Shown: positions 29,281 through 38,824, numbered from the stretch's first letter. The stretch: DNA of 39,792 nucleotides from a virus (IMGVR_UViG_2703718791_000008:1-39792); one strand, 5' to 3'. Notes: generated by a model not told the origin, from the sequence alone. Translations and numbers: made by a program.

Positions 29281-29888
29281 GCAGCCTCACTTCTGCTGTT
29301 TCGCAGTTTTTTAAGTTTCTGTTGATACTCCGCCTTGATGGTCCTGCACTCTTCGACAGTCCAGCGATGGCGGTTATGGTTTGATTCGATTTCGTCTACT
29401 GCTTCCTGCCCGATGCGGTTAATCAGTTCGACGCGATACGGAACGAGATTTCCGCTTTTGTGCTGGTTGCACACCACGCATTGCTTGTGAATATTGCGTT
29501 CATCAAATCGGAGTTGAGGTGCCGCAGCAGTTGTCCGGTAATGTCCGGCATCCCACTGAGCAGACGTGAGCGTTCCGCACGAGATACATGGTAAGTCGCA
29601 GTCTCTTTCTCTGATGAAGGCGTTTACGGCTTGTTGGGCTTGTTTAATCCAGTAACTGCGGGGCTTTAAGGCGAGTTTTCGAATCTTCAGTTTATCTTTC
29701 TGTTTCTGCTCCTCTCGTCGTCGTTTCTTCTCTGCTGCTTTTTCCGCTTTTTCGCGTTCTTTACTTCGTCGTTCGAGTGCTATCTTGGTTCCACACTCTG
29801 GAGAGCACCACCACTGATTAGCGAATGCAGGGTGAAACCATTCCCGACATTCATCGTTTTTACATCGTCTTCGCGCTGGTTTAGCCAT
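29277..29888 (-). CDS. ninG: NinG (Rap) recombination protein
   Basis: 203 aa Cys-rich protein matching lambda NinG from memory. Confidence 0.8.
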   Translation of the reverse strand: MAKPARRRCKNDECREWFHPAFANQWWCSPECGTKIALERRSKEREKAEKAAEKKRRREEQKQKDKLKIRKLALKPRSYWIKQAQQAVNAFIRERDCDLPCISCGTLTSAQWDAGHYRTTAAAPQLRFDERNIHKQCVVCNQHKSGNLVPYRVELINRIGQEAVDEIESNHNRHRWTVEECRTIKAEYQQKLKKLRNSRSEAA

Positions 29889-30057
29889 CGTCTTCTTCCT
29901 CGTACATTGAGCTATTCGGATCGCTCATCAGTTCTGCGCAGCAATCGGAGCACACGTGAACTTCCAGCACATGCAGCTTCTTACCGCAGTTAGCGCACGT
30001 TAAAGCCCGCTCGACGCTTTCTTTCTGGTATTGAAGAGATTGGGATGGACTAAGCAT
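29881..30057 (-). CDS. ninF: NinF
   Basis: Starts at internal ATG ([25 protein letters not shown]...), matching lambda NinF. Confidence 0.7.
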   Translation of the reverse strand: MLSPSQSLQYQKESVERALTCANCGKKLHVLEVHVCSDCCAELMSDPNSSMYEEEDDG

Positions 30058-30457
30058 GGCTTTCACCATTAAAAAGTCGCTTGTAAGCATCAATGTCTCG
30101 TTTTGCTTCACCAAGCTTTCGTCTTAATTCCATGTTTTCTGATTCAAGCTTTTCCATGTCTTGCTGGTATCTATCGCGGTGTTCTTTCCATGCTTTTCGA
30201 TATGCCTTCATGTATGTCGTATTGGCCTTTCTCTTTGCCTGACGAACTGCGTGGTGGTTTTTCACAAACCAGTCAGGGTCGTTAAATGCTGCTCTGGCGC
30301 ATGTATACCAATAATTTGTTGCCTCCCTGTTTAGCCAATAAATACTGATAAATGGCAACTGGATAGACACCATTTTTCGTTGTGACTCTTTCTCGCCAAA
30401 CATGTGGCCTTTTTTGATGCTAAGGCCAAATCCAGGTTGAATTAAAAGCATTGTCAT
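30050..30457 (-). CDS. Hypothetical nin-region protein with coiled-coil C-terminus
   Basis: 135-aa ORF between ninE and ninF; start uncertain. Confidence 0.4.
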   Translation of the reverse strand: MTMLLIQPGFGLSIKKGHMFGEKESQRKMVSIQLPFISIYWLNREATNYWYTCARAAFNDPDWFVKNHHAVRQAKRKANTTYMKAYRKAWKEHRDRYQQDMEKLESENMELRRKLGEAKRDIDAYKRLFNGESHA

Positions 30458-30630
30458 TTCCTCGCACGTTCTCTAAGCCACCGGATATCCCACAGGTGAG
30501 CCGTGTAGTTGAAGGTTTTTACGTCAGATTCTTTTGGGATTGGCTTGCGTTTATTTCTGGAGCGTTTCGTTGGAAGGTATTTGCAGTTTTCGCAGATGAT
30601 GTCGGTGATACTTCTTCGCTGTCGCCTCAT
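30454..30630 (-). CDS. ninE: NinE
   Basis: Starts at internal ATG ([23 protein letters not shown]...), matching lambda NinE. Confidence 0.7.
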   Translation of the reverse strand: MRRQRRSITDIICENCKYLPTKRSRNKRKPIPKESDVKTFNYTAHLWDIRWLRERARK

Positions 30631-31154
30631 GCCGCCCTTCTGACGCCCTGCCCGATCGCCATCAATGCCGCTTTGGATACGGTAGTAAACATCCGTCGAG
30701 GACTGATGAACGGTCGCCAAATCAGCAGCATGGAACCTTTGCTGTTTCCCTTCTTCTCCAGCCCTGTCGATGGTTCGATAAAATTAATCCGTCCATCAGT
30801 GATGATGCGAACTTCGTCAACACTCTCCAGAGCCTTGCTGAACCATCCGACTGACATATCCTCTGGCACAAGCATCACTACCGTCTGTCGCTGTTGTATG
30901 CACTGCTCAGCGGCTTTTTCCACCCACGGCCTGATATTGCTGTACGGTGGGTTATTCCAGATTGCACCGTGGCTTACCCACTCAGAATTGAGCGCGTCGT
31001 CGACCTCAGTTAGCCAGTGAGCGCACAGAGCGTTTTTGTCGCTCGCAGCTGAATCCAGCCAGAATCCAAACTCAATATCCAGTGCATCAAAAAGCCAAAG
31101 CGGCGTTTGCCAGCAGTCCTTGTCGTGTGCTGGCGTATTTGATTTGATAGTCAT
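30627..31154 (-). CDS. Phage Dam-like DNA N6-adenine methyltransferase
   Basis: CWQTP motif and the NPPY (DPPY-type) catalytic motif; preferred start ATG at 31154 overlaps the ninB stop (ATGA). Confidence 0.6.
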   Translation of the reverse strand: MTIKSNTPAHDKDCWQTPLWLFDALDIEFGFWLDSAASDKNALCAHWLTEVDDALNSEWVSHGAIWNNPPYSNIRPWVEKAAEQCIQQRQTVVMLVPEDMSVGWFSKALESVDEVRIITDGRINFIEPSTGLEKKGNSKGSMLLIWRPFISPRRMFTTVSKAALMAIGQGVRRAA

Positions 31155-31591
31155 GCAGCCCGATCTCCCCATCTCGCTTTCCACTCCAGAGCCAGTCTCG
31201 CTTCGTCTGACCACTTAACGCCACGCTCTGTACCGAATGCCTGTATAAGCTCTAATAGCTCCGCAAATTCGCCTACACGCATCCTGCTGGTTGACTGGCC
31301 TATTACCACAAAGCCATTCCCGGCAAGGTTAGGAACAACATCCTGCTGCTTTAATGCTGCGGTAAACACACACTTCCAGCTTTCTGCATCCAGCCAGCGA
31401 CCATGCCATTCAACCTGACGAGAGACGTCACCTAAGCAGGCCCATAGCTTCCTGTTTTGGTCTAAGCTGCGGTTGCGTTCCTGAATGGTTACTACGATTG
31501 GTTTGGTTGGGTCTGGAAGAATTTGCTGTACTGCGTGAATAGCGTTTTGCTGATGTGCTGGAGATCGAATTTCAAAGGTTAGTTTTTTCAT
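31151..31591 (-). CDS. ninB: NinB recombination protein
   Basis: MKKLTFEIRSPAHQQNAIHAVQQILPDP... identical to lambda NinB from memory; start at 31591 with GAGGGA SD. Confidence 0.8.
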   Translation of the reverse strand: MKKLTFEIRSPAHQQNAIHAVQQILPDPTKPIVVTIQERNRSLDQNRKLWACLGDVSRQVEWHGRWLDAESWKCVFTAALKQQDVVPNLAGNGFVVIGQSTSRMRVGEFAELLELIQAFGTERGVKWSDEARLALEWKARWGDRAA

Positions 31592-31610
31592 GACTTCCCT
31601 CTCTCCCAAA

Positions 31611-31639
31611 TAAAAAGGCCTGCGATTATCAGCAGGCCT
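31611..31639 (-). terminator. Rho-independent terminator between the helicase and ninB (tR2-like)
   Basis: aggcctgc/gcaggcct hairpin followed by a T-run on the minus strand. Confidence 0.45.
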
Positions 31640-31664
31640 GTTATTAACTCAGTGATGTAGATGG

Positions 31665-33041
31665 TCATACGTCAGCCCCTTGTGCATATCGTCTGCCACG
31701 CGCAGCAGGTGCATTTGATGCTGTGCAAATCTGTCTGGCTTCATCCTGGTCACATGCAACAAAGTGTCCGTTGCAGAACCGCTGGTAAACCGTACCAAGT
31801 GAGCCAAAACGGTTTTTCGTCACGATGATTTCAGCAAATGGCGCGGCGCTACTGTTCTCGTCATATACCGCTTCCCGATAGAGCATGATGATTGAGTCTG
31901 CGTCCTGCTCAATGCTTCCTGAATCACGCAAATCTGCGTTTGTCGGGCGTTTATTTGGTCGCTTCTCAACATCGCGCGAAAGCTGACTCAGGGAGATAAC
32001 AGGCGTTTTCAGGTCTTTCGCCATCGCCTTCAGGCTTCCGGAGATGTGAGCAATTGCAAGGTCGTTGCGGTCTGCTTTCGGCTTCTCAATCAGGCCAAGA
32101 TAATCCACCATGATGAGTGACAGGTTTGGATTTTCCTGTTTGTGCCGCTCTGCGATTGAGCGAATTTCTTCTACCGATAACCGCGAGGCATCGACTACCC
32201 ATACATCCAAATCTGCAAGCTGACTCATGCCGTTAGCAACGCGCGCCCAGCCTTCGTCATCCATCGATGCAGGATTTCGCAGCACGCTAACCGACATCCT
32301 CCCGGCGTTGGCAATGCTCCGCTCTGCAATCTGCAATGCGCTCATTTCCATTGAGAAAATCAATACTCCGCGCCGGACGTCAGAACCAGGAATAACGCGG
32401 CTTGCAACACCTTCGGCAATCTTCAGCGCCAGTTCGGTTTTCCCCATACCAGGACGAGCGGCGATAATCACCAGGTCTTCCGCGTTCATCCCTCCGGTGA
32501 TAGCGTCAAGTTCTTCGATTCCGGTCTTCAGGGTATCGGACTCTTCTCCGTTCCTCAGACGCCTGTCAAGCGTGTCAGTGTAGTCAGTAATGATTTCCCC
32601 TAACCGTACAGGTTTAACCTCGTCACTGGGCTTTCTGATGGCTGAAAGACGCTTTACAAGCTCATCCATCGCCTGACTCGATGCGTCGATGGTTCCGCTC
32701 TGAATTGGTTCACGCATTTCATCCATGATTTCCAGCACCAGACGGCGGTGATAGTTATCCGCGACCATTCCGGCATATCCCTTCAGGTTTGCGGCGCTCG
32801 GGCAGTTTTTGCTGGTCATCAGGATTGACGTGAAATGCTCCTCTCCGCACGCCTCGGCAACCATCAGCGCGTCGATTATGTTTCTGTTTCGCGCCTGCTT
32901 GCGGATAACCTCGAAGGCTTTCCGGTAGAGCGGAATTGAAAACGCTTCCGGCTCCAGCGTTGCAAGAACGTCACTGGCGGTTGGAGTTAATCCACCAATC
33001 AGCAGGCCACCGATAACGCTCGCTTCGATATCCTGTTTCAT
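31665..33041 (-). CDS. Replicative DNA helicase, DnaB family
   Basis: 458 aa with Walker A ([14 protein letters not shown]) and DnaB-like N- and C-terminal regions. Confidence 0.75.
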   Translation of the reverse strand: MKQDIEASVIGGLLIGGLTPTASDVLATLEPEAFSIPLYRKAFEVIRKQARNRNIIDALMVAEACGEEHFTSILMTSKNCPSAANLKGYAGMVADNYHRRLVLEIMDEMREPIQSGTIDASSQAMDELVKRLSAIRKPSDEVKPVRLGEIITDYTDTLDRRLRNGEESDTLKTGIEELDAITGGMNAEDLVIIAARPGMGKTELALKIAEGVASRVIPGSDVRRGVLIFSMEMSALQIAERSIANAGRMSVSVLRNPASMDDEGWARVANGMSQLADLDVWVVDASRLSVEEIRSIAERHKQENPNLSLIMVDYLGLIEKPKADRNDLAIAHISGSLKAMAKDLKTPVISLSQLSRDVEKRPNKRPTNADLRDSGSIEQDADSIIMLYREAVYDENSSAAPFAEIIVTKNRFGSLGTVYQRFCNGHFVACDQDEARQICTASNAPAARGRRYAQGADV

Positions 33042-33859
33042 GCAATCCCCCTGTCTGCAAACTTCCCTTCCCGTACTCCCATTAACGAATCTTCCCTCAG
33101 CAGGTAATCAAAATCAGCTGTCCAGCCCGTGTCGTTGTCTCCGAAGTAAAACGGCTTGGCCTGATGCACAAACGCCCTGACATACGCTCTGAAACCGTCC
33201 ACGTTTGGCGTTTTCAGTTGCGGGATGATTTTCTTCAGGCGGCGTTTGCGTTTCTCGTTGACCGCAACAGCGTGTGGCAGTCTGTCACCGACTTCGGTGT
33301 TGTAGGCGTTCAGGAAGGATTCGTAGTCGATTCGTTCTGCCTTGCGACGTTCAGGTTTAACCTGCCCATCGCCGCCCCCGTTAGGGGGTAAGGGGGTATT
33401 TGTATTTATTGTCTTTTGTATATTGTCTTTTGTGTTTAGCTGACTTGGCTTATACCCATTAGCCGACTTGGCTAATGTTTTATTAGCTGTTTTAGCTAAT
33501 GTTAAGCTGTCCTGGCTAATCCACTGCGAAACCACCTTGTTCACTCCGATTTTCACGCCATCAGCAATGAGGAATTTTCGCTCAATAAGCTGGCGCTTGG
33601 CAGCGCAAACATGAGTGTGATGAATACCTGTCATGGCTGCTATCTGCGTGTTTGTGAGTCGATCCATCGGCTTATTGAATCCGTATGTCTTGCGCATGAT
33701 AGCGAGCATCACCTTCAACTGCCGGACGGTTAAATCAGCCATCAGCAGACTGTCGGTAATCTCGTTAGCAACGCGCATGAAACCATCTTCGGTATCTGCC
33801 ACGCGATGCTCCACGACCTCCAGTTGAGGCCTGTAATCAGCTAACTTAACGACGCCCAT
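33038..33859 (-). CDS. Replication initiator O-like protein (origin-binding)
   Basis: N-terminal region resembles lambda O ([27 protein letters not shown]); iterons lie inside the gene. Confidence 0.65.
   Translation of the reverse strand: MGVVKLADYRPQLEVVEHRVADTEDGFMRVANEITDSLLMADLTVRQLKVMLAIMRKTYGFNKPMDRLTNTQIAAMTGIHHTHVCAAKRQLIERKFLIADGVKIGVNKVVSQWISQDSLTLAKTANKTLAKSANGYKPSQLNTKDNIQKTINTNTPLPPNGGGDGQVKPERRKAERIDYESFLNAYNTEVGDRLPHAVAVNEKRKRRLKKIIPQLKTPNVDGFRAYVRAFVHQAKPFYFGDNDTGWTADFDYLLREDSLMGVREGKFADRGIA
33399..33523. repeat. Origin of replication: four ~19-bp iterons plus adjacent AT-rich region inside the O-like gene
   Basis: ttagctgacttggcttata / ttagccgacttggctaatg / ttagctgttttagctaatg / ttaagctgtcctggctaatcc spaced ~24 bp apart, next to repeated ttgtcttttgt. 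Confidence 0.55.
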
Positions 33860-34007
33860 GTTTCACTCCTGCTTTGGCTAGTCTGTAAACACCAACAAGG
33901 CGCTCTGCGAACGCCCTGTTATTTGCTGCGGCTACCACTAATCCCTCAGGTGAATCAGGGTGTCGAATCTCTTCTTTTTCCTGGTATTTCTTACGACGTT
34001 TTGTCAT
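33846..34007 (-). CDS. Small basic protein between cII and O (53 aa)
   Basis: ATG at 34007 with AGGAG SD; translation [53 protein letters not shown]; its stop overlaps the O start. Confidence 0.35.
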   Translation of the reverse strand: MTKRRKKYQEKEEIRHPDSPEGLVVAAANNRAFAERLVGVYRLAKAGVKHGRR

Positions 34008-34019
34008 AATTACTCCTGT

Positions 34020-34097
34020 GGATTGATCCAGTAATTCCCTCAGAATTGCATCTGGATTTGTTCAGAACGCTCGGTCTTGCACACCGGGCGTTTTTTA
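34020..34097 (+). ncRNA. oop: oop antisense RNA with its terminator, overlapping the cII 3' end
   Basis: Near-identical to lambda oop from memory (...atctggatttgttcagaacgctcggt...ccgggcgttttttatt). Confidence 0.55.
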
Positions 34098-34336
34098 TTG
34101 GTGAGAATCGAAGCAACTTGTCGTGCCAATCGAGCCATGTCGTCGTCGACGACACCCCATTCAAGAACAGCAAGCAGCATTGAGAACTTTGGAATCCAGT
34201 CCCTCTTCCACCTGCTGATCTGCGACTTATCAACTCCCACAGCTTCCGCTGTCTTCTCAGTTCCAAGCATTGCGATTTTGTTAAGCAACGCACTCTCGAT
34301 TCTTAGAGCCTCGTTGCGTTTGTTTGCACGAACCAT
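34040..34336 (-). CDS. cII: Transcriptional activator CII
   Basis: MVRANKRNEALRIESALLNKIAMLGTEKTAEAVGVDKSQISRWKRDWIPKFSMLLAVLEWGVVDDDMARLARQVA... matches lambda cII; the longer ORF-track frame extends upstream through nutR. Confidence 0.85.
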   Translation of the reverse strand: MVRANKRNEALRIESALLNKIAMLGTEKTAEAVGVDKSQISRWKRDWIPKFSMLLAVLEWGVVDDDMARLARQVASILTNKKRPVCKTERSEQIQMQF

Positions 34337-34394
34337 ATGTAAGTATTTCCTTAACAAATAAGAAGTTATGCGCATCAACTTATGCGCGTTGTAT

Positions 34395-34439
34395 TCCCGC
34401 ATTTCGGCGGGAATGAGGACCATGACTGTTAAAGAGCGG
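34395..34439 (-). promoter_or_regulatory. nutR: boxA (cgctctttaaca) and boxB hairpin (tcccgccgaaatgcggga)
   Basis: boxA-like element followed by a hairpin identical to the one downstream of pL. Confidence 0.55.
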
Positions 34440-34445
34440 TGTTAC

Positions 34446-34646
34446 TTATGCAGTTGTTTTTTTGTTGCTTGGGAAGGGCTTTATTTCTTCCGCATAAACG
34501 CTTCCATCAGCGTTTATAGTTAAAAAAATATTTCGGCCTGCATGAATGGCCTTGTTGATCGCGCTTTGATATACGCCGAGATCTTTAGCTGTCTTGGTTT
34601 GCCCAAAGCGCATTGCATAATCTTTCAGGGTTATGCGTTGTTCCAT
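34446..34646 (-). CDS. cro: Cro repressor
   Basis: [38 protein letters not shown]... matches lambda Cro. Confidence 0.9.
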   Translation of the reverse strand: MEQRITLKDYAMRFGQTKTAKDLGVYQSAINKAIHAGRNIFLTINADGSVYAEEIKPFPSNKKTTA

Positions 34647-34672
34647 ACAACCTCCTTAGTACATGCAACCAT

Positions 34673-34736
34673 TATCACCGCCAGAGGTAAAATAGTCAAC
34701 ACGCACGGTGTTAGATATTTATCCCTTGCGGTGATA
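34673..34736. promoter_or_regulatory. OR1-OR2-OR3 operators with divergent pR/pRM
   Basis: tatcaccgccagaggta, caacacgcacggtgtta and tatcccttgcggtgata match lambda OR1, OR2 and OR3. Confidence 0.8.
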
Positions 34737-34743
34737 GATTTAA

Positions 34744-35460
<717 letters not shown>

Positions 35461-35546
35461 CACGAAATAAACGTCCGACAAGCACAGCAGCCAATACCTA
35501 AAAACAATATTTTGCCGAATATTCAGTTCGTTATAAAGGTTAAGCA

Positions 35547-36125
35547 TTGAGTATACCAACTGTCTCTCTATGGAATGAGATGGGGTTAATCCCCCCAATA
35601 GACGAGGCTGATCCTACAAGCCATACTCGTTCCCCATACAAAATGGATATAGTACGCTTTGTTAGTACTTTTTCGCTTAGCCCTGCAAGGATTAAAATCC
35701 TTAAGGGTTTTCTTAACTTTCGTGTTTCACTCACTCAAGCAGGGCTAGTTGAAGGTTTTCAGTGGGTAGATGGAAGCTTCACAGAACATATTGAACTTAT
35801 TGAAAAAAGGCCACCGAATGATGTCGATGTTGTGACCTTTTTTCAATTCAGTAATGGCGATAATGATGCAATCGTAATCGGTAGAAAGCCAGAGCTATTT
35901 GATCATGATTTTGTTAAGAAGGAGTTTTTCGTAGATTCCTACTTCCAAGAACTTAATCTACCAAGTCATGAGCTTGTTGAAATGACTGTATACTGGTACA
36001 GTATGTGGGCACATAGACGCGATCTGTCGTGGAAGGGATTTATCCAAATCCCGTTAAACCCACAACTTGATGTTGTGGCAATGACTATACTTAATTCGGC
36101 TACTACTGAGGGGGTCAAACAATGA
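35547..36125 (+). CDS. Unknown protein A at the rexA position; weak nucleotidyltransferase-like G-S...D-x-D motif
   Basis: 192-aa ORF (the track start is a TTG; in-frame ATGs at 35580 and 35643); AT-rich; its stop overlaps the gene B start (ATGA). Confidence 0.5.
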   Translation: MSIPTVSLWNEMGLIPPIDEADPTSHTRSPYKMDIVRFVSTFSLSPARIKILKGFLNFRVSLTQAGLVEGFQWVDGSFTEHIELIEKRPPNDVDVVTFFQFSNGDNDAIVIGRKPELFDHDFVKKEFFVDSYFQELNLPSHELVEMTVYWYSMWAHRRDLSWKGFIQIPLNPQLDVVAMTILNSATTEGVKQ

Positions 36126-37051
36126 ATCGTAATGATTATGTTTTCGCTCTCAGTGAGCGCGAGCAAATAAGTAATCTATTAAAAAATATGCCAACAAGTC
36201 ATTCTATTAGCCGAAAAAGCTTAGAAGACCGTCTGGAGAAAGTTGAGCGATTAATTTCACAAGCTGACGTTCGAGAACATGAACCTACGCATGCTGTGTT
36301 AACTTTTAGAGGCCCAACAGTAGTTGGCACGCATGGCATTTCAGCAGTATTTGGAACAAAAGCTATATCTTGTTTTAATGATGCAATAGCTTACTTGGCA
36401 ACCTCTTTCAATGGCCCACTTCCTGCATCAGGCAAGATACCAAACATAGAAAATAATCATCTCATGATTACCGCGTCAGCCCGTGGTTCTTTCGGATTTG
36501 TACTTGAAGAGTTTAGACCTGATGCTCCTCTTGAATTCGATGAAGAAACCCCAGTAGCAAAAGCTATTAATAAGGCCAGAAAAATATTTCAGGCAAGCTT
36601 GGATAATGATGATGAAGAATTGTCTGATGCTATAGAAAACTTAGACTCTCGGGCCTTAGATAAAATCAGAGCATTCATTCATTATCTGCATGAAAATAAA
36701 ACAGTTTTTACACTTAAAAGCCAAGGTTTTAGCATCGTTTTTAGAGAGCCAAAACAGCTTGAAGCTGTATATCAACATCTCAGCAATGATAACATTCAGC
36801 AGGAAAAAATTATTGAGAACGTTATATTTTTGGGAACTCTTCCTAACAAGCGCCAATGTGAATTTATAGTTTTAGGTAACACTGATATCAGAACCGCTAG
36901 CATTGACAAAGCTGTAGATGACCCAGATATTATAAACAAGCACTTAGGAAGCGTTGCAACAGCCACGTTCCTGAAAAAAACTGTTGGTAAGGGCAAGCCC
37001 AGATACACTCTGGTTTCTCGACCTCAATGGGATATTAAATCAATCGATTAG
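36122..37051 (+). CDS. Unknown protein B at the rexB position
   Basis: 309-aa ORF with GAGGGGG SD, translationally coupled to gene A, no TM segments or recognisable motif, followed by a terminator. Confidence 0.5.
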   Translation: MNRNDYVFALSEREQISNLLKNMPTSHSISRKSLEDRLEKVERLISQADVREHEPTHAVLTFRGPTVVGTHGISAVFGTKAISCFNDAIAYLATSFNGPLPASGKIPNIENNHLMITASARGSFGFVLEEFRPDAPLEFDEETPVAKAINKARKIFQASLDNDDEELSDAIENLDSRALDKIRAFIHYLHENKTVFTLKSQGFSIVFREPKQLEAVYQHLSNDNIQQEKIIENVIFLGTLPNKRQCEFIVLGNTDIRTASIDKAVDDPDIINKHLGSVATATFLKKTVGKGKPRYTLVSRPQWDIKSID

Positions 37052-37066
37052 AATGAGCCCCTTCAG

Positions 37067-37089
37067 CCCGGCCACCGCGCCGGGTTTTT
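37067..37089 (+). terminator. Rho-independent terminator ending the cI-A-B transcript
   Basis: cccggc-caccgc-gccggg followed by TTTTT. Confidence 0.6.
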
Positions 37090-37477
37090 ACTGCCTGTCG
37101 CTCCCCACAAGCGAAGAAGCCGAACGCATCTCTTCAATACTGAAGGTTTACGTTCGGCCTCAATAATGCAAAAGCATTCAGCATAATGTCCAACTCCCCA
37201 GTCCGACATTGATGCTGTTTAACCAGAGCCTCCAAAAGGAAGCCCTTGTTAAGGTACACAATATTTGCGATGTAACCTTAGCGCGTCTGGTACATTTTTT
37301 CAAGCGGTTGTAGGGCTGCCGCTAATATGAGAAAACACAGATGTCTACATACAATTTGAATGGCCAATTCGATCGAGAAGTTCATGTGAATGCCTATGAA
37401 CGGATAAGGCATGGAAATCTTGAACATGTGTGTGAGCATTATCGCTCAAGGCCACATCGCTGATAATCAAATCTCAA

Positions 37478-37503
37478 CCCGGCCTCAGCGCCGGGTTTTC
37501 TTT
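37478..37503 (+). terminator. Second, near-identical rho-independent terminator
   Basis: cccggc-ctcagc-gccggg followed by TTTTCTTT; downstream sequence also resembles that after the first terminator. Confidence 0.55.
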
Positions 37504-37660
37504 GCCTCACGCTCCCCCTCACCCAAGAACACATAACCAATTGTATTTATTTGAAAATTAATAGATACAACTCACTAAACATAGCAATTCAGATCTCTCG
37601 ATCACCTTCCCAATCCACACAACCATGCAAAAAATAAATCTATATAAAAAACATACAGAT

Positions 37661-37723
37661 AACCATCTGCGGTGATAAATTATCTCTGGCGGTGTTGACA
37701 TGCATACCACTAGCGGTGATACT
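37661..37723 (+). promoter_or_regulatory. OL3-OL2-OL1 operators and pL promoter
   Basis: aaccatctgcggtgata, tatctctggcggtgttg, taccactagcggtgata; -35 TTGACA at 37695-37700 and -10 GATACT at 37718-37723, near-identical to lambda. Confidence 0.8.
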
Positions 37724-37769
37724 AAACACATCAGCAGGACGCTGGTAGCCAAACGGAACAGATTGGCAG

Positions 37770-37810
37770 GCACTTTAACATTGATGGGATTGTCCCGCCG
37801 AAATGCGGGA
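37770..37810 (+). promoter_or_regulatory. nutL: boxA-like (gcactttaaca) and boxB hairpin (tcccgccgaaatgcggga)
   Basis: Same boxB hairpin as nutR, at the expected distance downstream of pL. Confidence 0.55.
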
Positions 37811-37917
37811 ACCAAAGAGTAGTTGGCTTTGGGGTGACGTGAAGTGCAGCTGCACGACGGCAACCGGAAGATAAGCACCCGGCGCGTCACCGCCAAAGTC
37901 AATCATCGGAGGTCAAC

Positions 37918-38217
37918 ATGACAGTAGTCATTACATATCTGGCTGACGATAACGCCAGAAATCGCCGCAGAGCACGCAGACAGGCTCAACGTGAACAGGA
38001 AATGCAAGAGCAGCGACTGGCGCGAAAAATTGCGCTAAAGCTCTCTGGTTGCGTCAGAGCAGATAAAGCAGCATCACTCGGAAGCCTTCGCTGCAAGAAG
38101 GCAGAAGAAGTCGAGCGTAAACAGAACCGTATTTACTACCGCAAGCCACGCAGTGAAATGGGTGTGACTTGTGTTGGTCGCCAGAAAATGAAATTAGGCA
38201 GCAAACCACTTATTTGA
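37918..38217 (+). CDS. N: N-type transcription antiterminator (non-lambda allele)
   Basis: Arginine-rich N-terminus (NARNRRRARRQAQREQ); C-terminus YYRKPRSEMGVTCVGRQKMKLGSKPLI resembles the lambda N C-terminus. Confidence 0.75.
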   Translation: MTVVITYLADDNARNRRRARRQAQREQEMQEQRLARKIALKLSGCVRADKAASLGSLRCKKAEEVERKQNRIYYRKPRSEMGVTCVGRQKMKLGSKPLI

Positions 38218-38225
38218 GGTGATAT

Positions 38226-38696
38226 ATGACAATATCATGGAGCGTACCTTTTCCTGAATCAGAAACTGAACATGATGGAATGCCTGTTTTCTGGAGATTC
38301 CAGGCGACAGTTGAAGAAGATGGAATCAAAATATTCGCACTTCAATATATAGCTTTTCATCAGACAGAGCATTATGCATGGTTGGTTCCTGCGCATTGGA
38401 TTGTTAATTTTAAACCAGCACCAAATCAGTGGTTACAGGAATGGAAACAAAAGAGAAATAGATATGCAATTAAGAAAGTAGCAAAAAATGCAGAAAGATC
38501 TTTTGCATTCCCAACGAAGAAACTTGCCATTGAAAGTTTATTGCGCCGGAAGAAATACCATTTAATGAGAATCAAACAAGATTTGGCTGTTGTATCAACT
38601 CTTGTTGATGGGATGAAGAATATTGATACATCAACACCAGATATTGAATATAACTTTGGACACAACCAAGAAACAGAAAATTGGGTATTTTATTAG
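38226..38696 (+). CDS. Unknown protein at the ral/sieB position
   Basis: 156-aa ORF with GAGGTGA SD, 8 nt after the N stop; AT-rich; no recognised motif. Confidence 0.45.
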   Translation: MTISWSVPFPESETEHDGMPVFWRFQATVEEDGIKIFALQYIAFHQTEHYAWLVPAHWIVNFKPAPNQWLQEWKQKRNRYAIKKVAKNAERSFAFPTKKLAIESLLRRKKYHLMRIKQDLAVVSTLVDGMKNIDTSTPDIEYNFGHNQETENWVFY

Positions 38697-38800
38697 TACA
38701 AATAAGCACTGTGTATTCATTCCAACGAGTGAATACACGGAGCAATGTCGCTCGTAACTAAACAGGAGCCGACTTGTTCTGATTATTGGAAATCTTCTTT

Positions 38801-38824
38801 GCCCTCCAGTGTGAGGGCTTTTTT
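38801..38824 (+). terminator. Rho-independent terminator (tL1-like) before cIII
   Basis: gccctc-cagtgt-gagggc followed by TTTTTT. Confidence 0.55.

Noticed and set aside
30451..31020. 189-aa plus-strand ORF antisense to the methyltransferase and ninE
   Set aside because: The minus-strand genes carry recognisable motifs (NPPY, NinE identity); the antisense frame has none.
33991..34293. 100-aa minus-strand ORF overlapping the cII 3' end and the oop region
   Set aside because: Out of frame with cII and overlapping the conserved oop RNA; the small 53-aa ORF at 33846..34007 is the better-supported reading.
34040..34423. 127-aa ORF-track frame extending cII upstream
   Set aside because: The lambda-like cII start is the internal ATG at 34336 (MVRANK...); the extension runs through the nutR boxA/boxB region and is not coding.
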